From an uncultured virus (IMG/VR IMGVR_UViG_3300045974_000588) (taxonomy: Duplodnaviria; Heunggongvirae; Uroviricota; Caudoviricetes): DNA of 56,394 bases. Each line of letters starts with the position of its first letter. The first letter of the stretch is position 1. This document shows positions 1-9,459 of this stretch, in pieces. The DNA lies in the IMG/VR virus record IMGVR_UViG_3300045974_000588. The stretch is one strand, 5' to 3'. Below the pieces are notes generated by a model. The model made no database searches, was not told the origin of the DNA, and saw only the letters and a program-made list of their open reading frames with translations. The position numbers and the translations under genes are program-made.

Positions 1-384
1 ACTAGGTTTGGTTTTGACCCCAGTTTCTTCTTCGAATTCTCGAATCATAGCCTGAATGGCTGTCTCTTTTTCAATTTTACCACCAACGCCATTGAGGCAC
101 CCTTTCTGCCAATCTGGTCGCTCTTTCTTAATCATCACCACTCTCTGATTATCTTCAGAGAAGCAAAAACCCACAACCATTCGCTTCATTGGCTTCCTCT
201 TCTGTTTAGTTTCTTTGATCGGCTGTAGAGCTGGAGATGGAACGTAAACAACCTTTTCAACTACACTAAGCTGCTGAGGAGACTTAGTGTTTGTTTTACC
301 AGTCAAACTAGTAAAAACCGCTACTAAACTTAAAATAATAGCGATGGATGGAAGGGTGTTTTTGCCGAAGCGATATACTCTCAT
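1..384 (-). CDS. Nudix hydrolase, 3' end runs off the window (not in ORF track)
   Basis: Manual translation from ATG 384: MRVYRFGKNTLPSIAIILSLVAVF...MVVGFCFSEDNQRVVMIKKERPDWQKGCLNGVGGKIEKETAIQAMIREFEEETGV, containing a Nudix box (G...E...REFEEETGV). Alternative start ATG 189 preceded by GAGG. Confidence 0.85.
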   Translation of the reverse strand, partial: MRVYRFGKNTLPSIAIILSLVAVFTSLTGKTNTKSPQQLSVVEKVVYVPSPALQPIKETKQKRKPMKRMVVGFCFSEDNQRVVMIKKERPDWQKGCLNGVGGKIEKETAIQAMIREFEEETGVKTKPS

Positions 385-425
385 ACATGAATAACCGGTA
401 GTAGGTTAGTTTCTAGGGGTAAATC

Positions 426-1238
426 ATGCGAAAATCAGTACTTTTTCTACTCTTAGCATTTCCGCTTTTTGCCCAAGAACCGCCTGTGGTAGGTAGCATG
501 GCATCTCCAGGAAACTGGAGTGACGCTCCAGTAACTGCCACGGTAGACATCAATCGAGTTTACACAACGATTAATAATGCACCTAACGCTGATGGGGCTT
601 TTCAAGCGCAGTACACTTCCACAGTGTTCAACCTTTTCCTATATCAACGAGAGATTCAAGTTAAAGGCCTTCCCACATTTCCTAAGTGGTTTACAAATGT
701 GCAAGTTGGTTTTGAAACAATGCCTCAGACTGGCGGAACTACAAGTACTCCTACAACCGTCTTACCTAGTGGCTTTGATCCCAAAGGCATAACTACTGCT
801 ACAAGAATCTATGGAACAGTTACTTTTGGCTTGGCTACGAATGTTGAGAAAGTAAACCACTCAATTAGAGATACTGGTCCATTCTTAGATCTTCGCCTGT
901 TCGATTATATCAAGAATGACAACGTCAAAGGAAATGATAGGAGCGGATCTTACCGTCTTGGCTGGGCTTGGATTGTACCGGTAGACGAAGGAAAGAAGAA
1001 TGTAATTGAGATGGAGTTGGCTGGAGCCCACGATAAGTTCTTTGTAGAAGAGCCAAACCGCTTCCAAGGCAGAATCCGCTACAATCTATATCCTGCAGGA
1101 AGTGAAGCAAACTCGATTTTCTTAGAATTCTCTTACAATCGTTCAATGCATAGTAATGGGCCTCTAGAGTTGAAGTATCTAGCAGGCATTCGTTTGAATG
1201 TTCAGAAAGTGGTAACAGGCCTGTTGGGTATAGATTAG
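426..1238 (+). CDS. Secreted protein, possibly outer-membrane beta-barrel-like
   Basis: Sec signal peptide (MRKSVLFLLLAFPLFA|QE); C-terminal half of alternating beta-strand segments (FQGRIRYNL, IFLEFSYNR, YLAGIRLNV). Confidence 0.45.
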   Translation: MRKSVLFLLLAFPLFAQEPPVVGSMASPGNWSDAPVTATVDINRVYTTINNAPNADGAFQAQYTSTVFNLFLYQREIQVKGLPTFPKWFTNVQVGFETMPQTGGTTSTPTTVLPSGFDPKGITTATRIYGTVTFGLATNVEKVNHSIRDTGPFLDLRLFDYIKNDNVKGNDRSGSYRLGWAWIVPVDEGKKNVIEMELAGAHDKFFVEEPNRFQGRIRYNLYPAGSEANSIFLEFSYNRSMHSNGPLELKYLAGIRLNVQKVVTGLLGID

Positions 1239-1283
1239 TGATTTCGGAAATTTCATTTTACAATCAGTATGTAGAGGGACACC

Positions 1284-1673
1284 ATGGAACTCAAAATCCA
1301 CGTTAGACTTGCAGCTCATACCGTTCCTGATATCATCAAAGATTTCAAGGGCCAATTCGGGGCTGACATCTCAGAAGAATCTGTAAAGGTTGACCTGCTC
1401 CAGAAGGACTACCGTTACAAAGACATCCACGTGAAGGGTCCAATTTCAATGAGGATCTACACGTTCTATTTTGGCTCTGATACTGATTTCGTCACTATTC
1501 TTCACTTGAAAGGCAAGAATCGTCTATTCTATTATAGCTCCGTGTGGGGCATTTCAGACGAAAAAGAAGAAGCAATTTCGAAGTGGATGGCTGGCAAAGG
1601 CGTTGCATCATCTGCTAATTTCAAAGTTCAGTCCGGCAAAGACAGCTTTGAAGCTCAGATCTGGAAAGTATAG
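1284..1673 (+). CDS. Hypothetical protein (loose match to shared N-terminal leader)
   Basis: ORF with RBS GAGGG; begins MELKIHVRLAA. Confidence 0.6.
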   Translation: MELKIHVRLAAHTVPDIIKDFKGQFGADISEESVKVDLLQKDYRYKDIHVKGPISMRIYTFYFGSDTDFVTILHLKGKNRLFYYSSVWGISDEKEEAISKWMAGKGVASSANFKVQSGKDSFEAQIWKV

Positions 1674-1679
1674 GACTCA

Positions 1680-2159
1680 GTGAAGCTAGTCTCCACGCTT
1701 TTCCTCACATGCACGCTTTCGTGGGGTGGAGATTTTGATTCAGTTATTCACACACTGAAAAAGACTTGGCCAGATAGAAACTCTATTGGCGTAGTTTGTG
1801 ATTCTAGCGCGTCCAAAGCAAAAATAGATCAGCTAGCGGCTAGCTGTAGTGGATATAGAATTATTGTAATCGATGTTAAAGCTCCACAAGATGTTGGAAA
1901 AGCTATTCCACAGCTAATTTCGAAAGTTGGCGTTCTTCTTTTGATGCCTGGAGACAGAGTTGCTGGAGATGGTCAAACGGGCGCAGCGTTCTTGATTCAA
2001 AGGTTGGCTGTACAACATATTCCCACTATTGCAGTTACTGAAGCAGGCGTAAAACAGGGTGCAGTTTTTGCTGCTACCGGTAATAAGATACTGGTAAATC
2101 CTAATTCTGCTTCTGTTTGTGGTGTTTCTCTGCCAGAAGGTGGCATTCCTATCCTTTAA
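1680..2159 (+). CDS. Periplasmic YfiR-like / single-domain ABC substrate-binding-like protein
   Basis: Signal peptide; alpha/beta pattern IGVVCD...IPTIAVTEAGVKQGAVFAA...ILVNPNSA..CGVSLP resembles YfiR/ABC_sub_bind C-terminal motifs. Confidence 0.5.
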   Translation: MKLVSTLFLTCTLSWGGDFDSVIHTLKKTWPDRNSIGVVCDSSASKAKIDQLAASCSGYRIIVIDVKAPQDVGKAIPQLISKVGVLLLMPGDRVAGDGQTGAAFLIQRLAVQHIPTIAVTEAGVKQGAVFAATGNKILVNPNSASVCGVSLPEGGIPIL

Positions 2160-2198
2160 CTCAGAATCATGTGGGTTAAGTAAGTAGGAGGTCCAGTA

Positions 2199-2492
2199 AT
2201 GGCATCGATGGACATTGGCGATTTTGTTTATTCCCAAGAGCTTCAAAGCCCTTGCATAGACGACATTTATAAAGTTGTAGAGTGGGAAACGGGTTTCCGC
2301 AGAGTTTATCTGCACAACGTTGTCACAGGTCAGAGGGTTGGTACTGATCCACGCTGCTATAAGCGGTGGACTCGATCTGAACTTCCTGGAAGCCGCGAAG
2401 AGATCCAAGCAGCAGAAGCAGTTTTAGCTGAGAAGCGAAGGCTTAGAGCTGAGAAGAAGCAGCAGAAGCTAACCCCAGCAATTCAATCGTAG
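2199..2492 (+). CDS. Hypothetical protein
   Basis: Strong RBS AGGAGG; 97-aa ORF. Confidence 0.65.
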   Translation: MASMDIGDFVYSQELQSPCIDDIYKVVEWETGFRRVYLHNVVTGQRVGTDPRCYKRWTRSELPGSREEIQAAEAVLAEKRRLRAEKKQQKLTPAIQS

Positions 2493-2507
2493 TCGGGTTA
2501 GAGCCAC

Positions 2508-3401
2508 ATGAGAATTAATGAGTTCGCTACTTATTATCAATCTGGCTTGAAAAAATTCTGCATCCAGTTTGAGAATTCGTATGCAAAAGATCTACTCTAT
2601 AGTTGGCTCAAATCTCAGAATTTTTCAATTGTAGAGACAACCACTGAAGACTGCCAGTCTCTTTGTTTCAAAGCCAGTCTCTTTGGAAAGCCGGTATACG
2701 TAGTTCCCTATGACTCAAGCTTTTGGAAATTCTTGGAAGGCAAAAATCTTCAAGCTTTGGTTGTTTGTGTAGCAGCAGATGCTAGAACAAAAACTGCTGA
2801 ACTCTTTCAATCTCCTCCTGAGCATGAAATCTTGCGAAGCTTAGAAGCAGACCTGCAATCTAAGGGTTGCAGGTTTACTCCTGACGGTTGGAAAGCACTT
2901 GTAGAGAGATTTAGAGGGGACGATAAGAAACTGAAAGATCCAAAAGGAATCTTTCATGCTGGATACTCTTTAGGGCTCCAAACAGATATCATAGACGCTA
3001 GAGCAGTTAATACTTTTTATGGCTGGAAAGTTCAGTTCTGGGATCTATTCAATTCAATTCTGGATAAAAATAAGGGGAAGTGCATGATGTCTGCGCACTT
3101 TCTTCTTAGAGAATCATCTCCTGTGGAAATTTGCAACGGTCTTCAGAAAATGCTAACGGATGTATTGGATGCAAAAGATTCTTCGAAGTCTGGAATGTCA
3201 ACTTCTAGCTTTGCGTCTAAGAAAGGTTTTACTTCAGAGTATAGAGCTCAGAAGCTGTATGAACAGGCAGCAAAACTCTCTGATAGAGATGCAAACGTAT
3301 TAGTGCAAACTCTTAATGTTTTGGAAATGCAATTGAAATCGAAAAGCATATTCTCTGCTGAAGAAATTTTGAAGACATCTTTGCTCGGATATGTAGCTTA
3401 G
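2508..3401 (+). CDS. DNA polymerase III delta (HolA)-like clamp-loader subunit
   Basis: Size and C-terminal collar pattern (FWDLFNSILDKN..LL..SPVEI..L...AAKLS...L...L..LEMQLKS....EEIL) resemble HolA; no Walker A, as expected for delta. Confidence 0.55.
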   Translation: MRINEFATYYQSGLKKFCIQFENSYAKDLLYSWLKSQNFSIVETTTEDCQSLCFKASLFGKPVYVVPYDSSFWKFLEGKNLQALVVCVAADARTKTAELFQSPPEHEILRSLEADLQSKGCRFTPDGWKALVERFRGDDKKLKDPKGIFHAGYSLGLQTDIIDARAVNTFYGWKVQFWDLFNSILDKNKGKCMMSAHFLLRESSPVEICNGLQKMLTDVLDAKDSSKSGMSTSSFASKKGFTSEYRAQKLYEQAAKLSDRDANVLVQTLNVLEMQLKSKSIFSAEEILKTSLLGYVA

Positions 3402-3407
3402 GAGTGA

Positions 3408-5873
3408 TTGATGATCTACCTGAAAAACTTAGAAGCTGAAGGGGCCTTTTCATTTGGTCCCATTGATGTTCCCTTGGCTCAACAAGGCTTAGCTCTCATT
3501 ACTGGATCCAATTTGGATGACTTTGAGGGCAGCGTTGGCGGAGGTGCATCAGCTTCTAGTGCTAATGGGGCCGGAAAAAGTGCCCTTCTGGATATCTTAG
3601 CTCATAACTTGTTTGCTACAACTGGTAGAGGTGTTAGGAAGAACGGAGTAGTAAATACTGAGAATTCCCGAGGATACTACTCAAAGCTAACTTTCAGTAT
3701 TGGAGAAGAACCGTATTCGTATCTTCAGAGTAGATCTCATGCTGAGCACGGAACTTCAAATGTTTTGATGAGGGGTAAGAAGAACCTTGAAATCAAAGGA
3801 TTAGACGAGACTCAGGAAGAAGTTTCGAAAATCGTTGGCTTAACGATTGATGATTGGACTGCAACAACTTACTTGTCTCAAGGTGCTAAGCATCTTTTCG
3901 TTCGATCAGATGGCAATGACGCTAAGAAGAAAATGCTTGCTAGAATCTTCAGTTTGGATTATAAAATCCAGCTGGAGAAATCGAAAGCAGCTTTAGAGCA
4001 GACAAGAACCGCGCTGATTCAGTTGAAGAGTTCAATTAGCGCTACTAAATCTCAGTTGCAGATTCAGCTTAAAGAACTTCCATTTGCCACAGAAGAGGAT
4101 TACCAGAATAAACTTACAGAACTAAATGGGAAGCTAGAAGATGTAAGAAATAAAATTCGAGTTTTGGAGTTAGAGCTTCAAGCATTCCACAACGCCAAAG
4201 TAGCGTCTTCTACAAAATCGAACTACGCTACCCACCTTCAAGAGACTTTCGTTAATCTTGGTATTTGGCAAGGAGCCTTGCCTACGTTGGCAGACTTTGA
4301 AGCCTTTATATTGACCAATCAGCAATCTTTGGACCAAGTAAACGGGCAGTATCGGGATGTATCAGGATATATCGAAGCGTTGACAAAACGGGATGCAGCT
4401 TTGGTAGCTTTCAAGCCTTGGGAAGGGACCAACGAACTGGCGGCTATTACAACTCTGTCAGATCTTGAAGCCAGAATGGCTGCAGCTCAAGCAGAAGCAA
4501 TTAGGCTGCAGACCTTATACAGTAATGGAAACTGCTTTACTGAACTTGTAGCTTATTCTAGAATGGAAGGCTTTGATGCTGATGCACTAAAGCAGAGACA
4601 GAAGGATTTAGAAGCTACAGTTCAGACTGCTAAAGACTTGGCGGCAACAGCACAGACAACTGCGTCCATTGAAGAGAGCAACTGGAAGAAAGTTGAAGCT
4701 GGAACTTGCTATGCTTGTCAAAGACCTTATCCGCCAGAGTTGTTAGCAGAAGCAAAAGCAAAGAATGAAGCAGCCCAGCAAGCTCTGCTAGATGCCAAAG
4801 CTGAAGTAGTAAGAATTGAGAAAGAAGTAAAAGACGAAATCAAAGCTAACATTGCTCCAGATCTTGAAGCTTGGAGTAGCTACGGGCTTTTGAAAGCTAG
4901 AATTCACGATAGAGATCGTCAGTTTACTGCTGAGTCTTATCAAGTAAAAGTGAAAGAACTTAGTGAAGAAGTAGTTACAACCAAGACATTCATCGCTAGT
5001 GTCAAACTTTGCAAAGCGGCTTATGAATCTGCTATGGCTGTTAGTGAGATAGCTGGAGATACTGCTCAATATCAGAAATACAAAGGCGATTTAGAAACAT
5101 CGAGGAACCAATTTACAACGTTCTTGGCCAGTCTTCGAACAGTTCAGCCAACTCTAAAGAGCTACGAAGACTTAGTTGTTCCAGATGTTAAAGCTGTAGA
5201 TGAAGTTATGGCTAAGGCAACACTTAACAACTTGCGAGCAGACGCTGAGAAATTCAGTAGTGAACAAGCAGTTTGGGAACGTGACCTTCAGCTATTCAAC
5301 GACTATACTGCTCAGCTTCAAAAAATAATGGCTAGAGAATCTGAGATTGATATCTTAGAAAAGAATGAGCAAGTTTACAATGCTCTTTCTTACGCTTTTG
5401 GTCCCAAAGGATTGATTGTTTCTCGCTTAAGCATCATCTGCACTTACCTGACTGAGAGAGTAAACTACTTCATTTCTAGAATTCTCCGGGAAAATATTCA
5501 TGTCACATTCATGATGGATGGTGATAGTTTAGACTTGATCATCAATATCAATGGAAAGGAAAGAGGAATCGGAAACTTAAGTGGTGGTGAAGCAGCTAAA
5601 GTTGGCTTAGCTTGTATGTTTGGCCTTAGATCTTTACTACCTGAGAGATATCAAACGAATATTTTGGTTTTAGATGAAGCGGATACATTTTTGGATGAAC
5701 GCGTTCGATACGAATTGGTGGACATCCTACAATACTTAGTTGATTCTACAAATTTGGATTCGATTTTCATGATTACACATTCCACTTCAGTTCAAGAAAT
5801 GCAAGTTTGGAATACGCGTATCCACTGCACTAAAGAACGGGGCATTTCCCGCATTGAAACAATTTCCACATAG
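3408..5873 (+). CDS. sbcC: SbcC/Rad50 (gp46-like) SMC-family ATPase
   Basis: Walker A NGAGKS, Q-loop YLSQG, long coiled coil with central CYAC zinc hook, signature LSGGE, Walker B LVLDE, H-loop ITH. Confidence 0.92.
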   Translation: MMIYLKNLEAEGAFSFGPIDVPLAQQGLALITGSNLDDFEGSVGGGASASSANGAGKSALLDILAHNLFATTGRGVRKNGVVNTENSRGYYSKLTFSIGEEPYSYLQSRSHAEHGTSNVLMRGKKNLEIKGLDETQEEVSKIVGLTIDDWTATTYLSQGAKHLFVRSDGNDAKKKMLARIFSLDYKIQLEKSKAALEQTRTALIQLKSSISATKSQLQIQLKELPFATEEDYQNKLTELNGKLEDVRNKIRVLELELQAFHNAKVASSTKSNYATHLQETFVNLGIWQGALPTLADFEAFILTNQQSLDQVNGQYRDVSGYIEALTKRDAALVAFKPWEGTNELAAITTLSDLEARMAAAQAEAIRLQTLYSNGNCFTELVAYSRMEGFDADALKQRQKDLEATVQTAKDLAATAQTTASIEESNWKKVEAGTCYACQRPYPPELLAEAKAKNEAAQQALLDAKAEVVRIEKEVKDEIKANIAPDLEAWSSYGLLKARIHDRDRQFTAESYQVKVKELSEEVVTTKTFIASVKLCKAAYESAMAVSEIAGDTAQYQKYKGDLETSRNQFTTFLASLRTVQPTLKSYEDLVVPDVKAVDEVMAKATLNNLRADAEKFSSEQAVWERDLQLFNDYTAQLQKIMARESEIDILEKNEQVYNALSYAFGPKGLIVSRLSIICTYLTERVNYFISRILRENIHVTFMMDGDSLDLIININGKERGIGNLSGGEAAKVGLACMFGLRSLLPERYQTNILVLDEADTFLDERVRYELVDILQYLVDSTNLDSIFMITHSTSVQEMQVWNTRIHCTKERGISRIETIST

Positions 5874-5882
5874 GAGTAGTGA

Positions 5883-6284
5883 ATGTCCAAACCAGCTTTG
5901 GAATCCAAAGAATTTTCTAGCCTTGGCACAGAACTGGCTTGCTTTAAAGAACTTTTTCAGAATCTGAAGAAGCGTGCCATCCATAAGTTGGTTCCTGTTG
6001 AAGATATCAACAAGGCTTTGGAGGGTTTGTCATCCCTCGAATTTCACCTTAATACAGTTCTAGAAAAAGCTTTGGAAGACAAAGAAGATGCTCGCATCGA
6101 AATAGTTAAACTACAACGCGAAGTTGAAGAGTACGAAAAGGAAACAGAAGCAAATAGACTCAAAGACGACTGCGTAGAAGAACTCCTAAAAGCTCTTGCA
6201 GAGTTCGATTTCCGTGGAGGTGACTCCATTCACGGAGTGGTTGATGCTTATCGCGTTTATAAAGTGAATGTTCTTCTGCCCTGA
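5883..6284 (+). CDS. Hypothetical coiled-coil protein
   Basis: RBS AGGAG; heptad-rich acidic sequence. Confidence 0.65.
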   Translation: MSKPALESKEFSSLGTELACFKELFQNLKKRAIHKLVPVEDINKALEGLSSLEFHLNTVLEKALEDKEDARIEIVKLQREVEEYEKETEANRLKDDCVEELLKALAEFDFRGGDSIHGVVDAYRVYKVNVLLP

Positions 6285-6305
6285 AGCCCTTCAGGTTAAT
6301 CAAGT

Positions 6306-7082
6306 ATGAGTGAATTTTACGAATACAACGTAGAACACTACAACATCCGTAACAAGTACTTCTGGCAACTTTTCTTCGATAGGCTTGCTGCCTATTCCAG
6401 ATTTCCTCATGTAGCGGCTGTTAACTCAGTGAAACTACATCCCTGCGGCAAATTGGAGCTAACAACTTCAAATAATTCAGAGATGTCAAAACTTCTACGG
6501 TCCAGATTCGTAGTTCTTGAAGAAGGCCAAAAGTTAACGATTCCTTCAAGCATTAAGAGCACAAAAGGGATATCGAAGGGCCTTTGGCTGTTCATTCCCT
6601 ACTTGTTCGATCCAAAAGAGAACAGCTTAATCATTGAGAGCTACATCAAGTTCTTCTATGAAAAGAGCTACCCAAAGCAGTTTACAACTTGGTTTTTCAA
6701 GTACCTAAACAAGATCATTGACCTCAACGATATCATTCGCAAAGCAGGTGTTCAGAAAATCGAATTCTTGGAAACAGGTATTTTGTTTAGCTGGCCAATT
6801 TACTACCTGTCGAAAGAAGCACCTGAGATTTTGAATACATCTGCTCATGGCATAACGTTTAGCCGAAATGAAGTGGAAAAGTTTGAGACGATCCTAGTAC
6901 CTTACGATTTCGCTTGGGCAGCACTTTCTGGAACTTTCTGGAGCGGAAATCTCAAATCGTTATTCCACAATGTTGAAATGTTCAAGCACATTAAAGATAC
7001 ACTCGAAGAAAATGATACAGATAGATTTGATTATTGTTTAGAACGAATTATTCAGAATATAAATACATCTGGGGTTAGTTAA
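6306..7082 (+). CDS. Hypothetical protein
   Basis: 258-aa ORF in co-oriented run. Confidence 0.65.
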   Translation: MSEFYEYNVEHYNIRNKYFWQLFFDRLAAYSRFPHVAAVNSVKLHPCGKLELTTSNNSEMSKLLRSRFVVLEEGQKLTIPSSIKSTKGISKGLWLFIPYLFDPKENSLIIESYIKFFYEKSYPKQFTTWFFKYLNKIIDLNDIIRKAGVQKIEFLETGILFSWPIYYLSKEAPEILNTSAHGITFSRNEVEKFETILVPYDFAWAALSGTFWSGNLKSLFHNVEMFKHIKDTLEENDTDRFDYCLERIIQNINTSGVS

Positions 7083-7099
7083 TTCAGGTGAGGGCTTAA

Positions 7100-7402
7100 A
7101 TGTTATCAAAGCAGCAGCAAGATACATTCGATCAGATTATTAAAAAGTGGACCTCCGTTCTTGGAATTAGAGCGGCCATGTTCGGTAACCGAAAATCGGA
7201 TAAGATTCTTCAAGTTCAGTTTGATGCCACCATCATTGAGTATATGGAAGAAGATGTTCTTTTCAGAGCTTTTTCCGAATTCCATGCAGAGTTAGTTAGC
7301 TGTGTGACGCCGGAAATCGAAATCGAATACGTTAAGGTAGAGAATTTCGATATCGCTGGAGACATCTTCTGGACACTAGCAGCAATGGGACTTGAAAAAT
7401 GA
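7100..7402 (+). CDS. Hypothetical protein
   Basis: ORF overlaps next start (ATGA coupling). Confidence 0.6.
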   Translation: MLSKQQQDTFDQIIKKWTSVLGIRAAMFGNRKSDKILQVQFDATIIEYMEEDVLFRAFSEFHAELVSCVTPEIEIEYVKVENFDIAGDIFWTLAAMGLEK

Positions 7403-8400
7403 AAATAGCTTTTGTAGCAGATTTGCACATTGGTGCTGGACGGAGCTTCTTTAGTGACCTCCAATCTGATCTTCCCTACTATCTGAATAGACACAAGACT
7501 TGTTTCTTAGAGCTTATCGAGCAGATTAAGAAAGAGGAAATTACTTACGTGATCCTTGGAGGAGATCTCTTAGATCACGCTAGGCCACTTCCAAAAGAAT
7601 CCGAACTGCTTGGATGGTTTTTGCATGAACTTAGCGAGATAGCGGAAGTTCATATCATCAGTGGCAATCACGAAACTCTCTGGGGAGGCATGACTGCGCT
7701 TCATCCGGTTCAGGCGTATACGCAGGCGAACGACAAAATCAAGTGGCACCTTTCCCTTGAAACCACCGACGAGCCGTTTGGAAAAGTTCTTTGGGCATCT
7801 CACCACGAAACTCCTCGTTTGGGGAGAGCGATTCAGGAATTTGATCCTGAATTCGTGGTAGCACATTTTGCGGCTAAGGGCTGTGTTTACCACAATGGGA
7901 TTACAGCTCCTAAGGGCTTTGAATTCAAATACAAAACTGGTAAGATTAAGCGTTGGTTTGTAGGTGATATTCATCTTCGGCAGCAGATGGCTCCCAATGC
8001 TGCCTATCCTGGATCACCACTTCAAATCAATTTTGGAGAATCTGGTGTCAAAGGCTTTGATGTCTATGACACAGAAAAGAACAAACTGAGGCAAGTGGCT
8101 CTTACAAAGACCGTTGCCCTGATGACTGAATTTGTGAATGAAAAGGTTCCCGAATTCAGTGAGAATGCCCTCTATCGAGTCTTTGTTTCTAAGGAATTTC
8201 TGAGCCATACATTTCCAAAGAATGTAGTTAGCGTTCAGCTTATTTCAAAGAAAGAAAGCGAAGAGACTGCTCAGAAAGCAGTCTTAGTGGATGAAATCGA
8301 TTTCGGTGACCCACTGGCTGGGTTAGAAGAAACGTTAAGTAGAACAAAACTTCCCGAGTCAATTTATCCTGAAGCTCGCCAAGTAGCAGCATCTTTATAA
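7399..8400 (+). CDS. sbcD: SbcD/Mre11 (gp47-like) nuclease
   Basis: Metallophosphoesterase motifs ADLH, GGDLLD, GNHE, VAH, GDIH, YPGSP..NFGE; near sbcC. Confidence 0.9.
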   Translation: MKIAFVADLHIGAGRSFFSDLQSDLPYYLNRHKTCFLELIEQIKKEEITYVILGGDLLDHARPLPKESELLGWFLHELSEIAEVHIISGNHETLWGGMTALHPVQAYTQANDKIKWHLSLETTDEPFGKVLWASHHETPRLGRAIQEFDPEFVVAHFAAKGCVYHNGITAPKGFEFKYKTGKIKRWFVGDIHLRQQMAPNAAYPGSPLQINFGESGVKGFDVYDTEKNKLRQVALTKTVALMTEFVNEKVPEFSENALYRVFVSKEFLSHTFPKNVVSVQLISKKESEETAQKAVLVDEIDFGDPLAGLEETLSRTKLPESIYPEARQVAASL

Positions 8401-8409
8401 CGGTGAAAT

Positions 8410-8808
8410 ATGAAACCTAGCCCACAAGGCCCAGTTCAAATGGTTCCTATCGAGTTCCGCCAGAAAGCGGAAGCAGGAGACCAGTTCAAATTCTCCCAGC
8501 TATTCGAAACACTGAAAGTTAGTAATGGCGATGGCCAGAAAGTAAAGCTTGTTGGGTTCGAGCAGGTGGTCATCAATTTTTACTCGCTTACGGATAATCT
8601 TATTGTATCTCAGAACATTAAGATTCCAGAGTCCGAAGAGCCTGTCGTACAGGTTCGAGAAGGTAACATTATGAACTTCTTCTTTCCGTACATTTTCCAA
8701 GGCGACCCATCCGAGCAGTGCTGGTTTGGGATTCAAGCGGGAACAGGAATTGTTCACCTAGCAGCAGTAGGAATTGTGGAAAGTTCACAAATTCAGCTTC
8801 TAGGGTAA
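8410..8808 (+). CDS. Hypothetical protein
   Basis: 132-aa co-oriented ORF. Confidence 0.6.
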   Translation: MKPSPQGPVQMVPIEFRQKAEAGDQFKFSQLFETLKVSNGDGQKVKLVGFEQVVINFYSLTDNLIVSQNIKIPESEEPVVQVREGNIMNFFFPYIFQGDPSEQCWFGIQAGTGIVHLAAVGIVESSQIQLLG

Positions 8809-8814
8809 GTTTTT

Positions 8815-8845
8815 CTTGAATTTGATAAAGAAAAACCTATATTGA
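8815..8845 (+). promoter_or_regulatory. Sigma70-like (early) promoter, CTTGA-..-AAACCTATATTGA class
   Basis: TTGAAT 8816-8821, 16-nt spacer, TATATT 8838-8843; same architecture at 32863 and 49287. Confidence 0.7.
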
Positions 8846-8860
8846 TGATTTGGAGGGGAA

Positions 8861-9031
8861 ATGTCAAATCATCGGTGCGTGGTTTGCGATGACGTAGTGG
8901 TGGCTACTTCAGACCCATTTCCTATTTGTGTTTTGTGCGTCAACGAGATAACCTCGGCGCAAAAAGAACTGGAGAAAGAGCTTGAACAAGAAAGTAATTC
9001 TTCTCGTGGGTTCGATCCGGCGTGGAACTGA
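8861..9031 (+). CDS. Small CxxC-CxxC zinc-finger protein (56 aa, not in ORF track)
   Basis: RBS GGAGG directly after promoter; MSNHRCVVCDD...PICVLCVNE...FDPAWN*. Confidence 0.6.
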   Translation: MSNHRCVVCDDVVVATSDPFPICVLCVNEITSAQKELEKELEQESNSSRGFDPAWN

Positions 9032-9458
9032 AACGATCAAAGAACTATCCACTGGTTTGGTCAATACAAAAGACTACACAGTTTGCAGTTCATCGTTCTT
9101 CTTTACACACGGCGGTGTTTTCACTTTTGACGAAACTAAGCTAAGCGAAGCTCACAAACGGACTCGAAGTAAGTTTGTGTGGGCGATTAAATCTGGAACC
9201 CCGCTTATTATCGTAAACGATATGCTAAGTAACTTCGGCCAACGAGCGTTCTATGAACGAGTAGCGTTGTCAGAGGGTTATGAAGTAGACATGCGTGTCT
9301 TGGTGGATAATGAAAAGCTAGATCTTCCACAAGGCAATTTTCGAGTTTACATTCAGGATGGCAAAGTAGAAATTGATGTAGTTTCTGAAAAAGCTGCAGA
9401 AATTGAAAAAGAGCCGGTTATTTTGGATGTAGAAGTGCCAGTAACCGCTGTAGGGTAA
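8982..9458 (+). CDS. AAA_33/N4BP2-like P-loop kinase homolog with degenerate Walker A
   Basis: VCSS..FF..GG.F.FD..KL.EAH and IIVN...Y...A...GYEV match this family, but the P-loop reads GSIRRGTET. Confidence 0.6.
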   Translation: MNKKVILLVGSIRRGTETIKELSTGLVNTKDYTVCSSSFFFTHGGVFTFDETKLSEAHKRTRSKFVWAIKSGTPLIIVNDMLSNFGQRAFYERVALSEGYEVDMRVLVDNEKLDLPQGNFRVYIQDGKVEIDVVSEKAAEIEKEPVILDVEVPVTAVG

Positions 9459-9459
9459 A

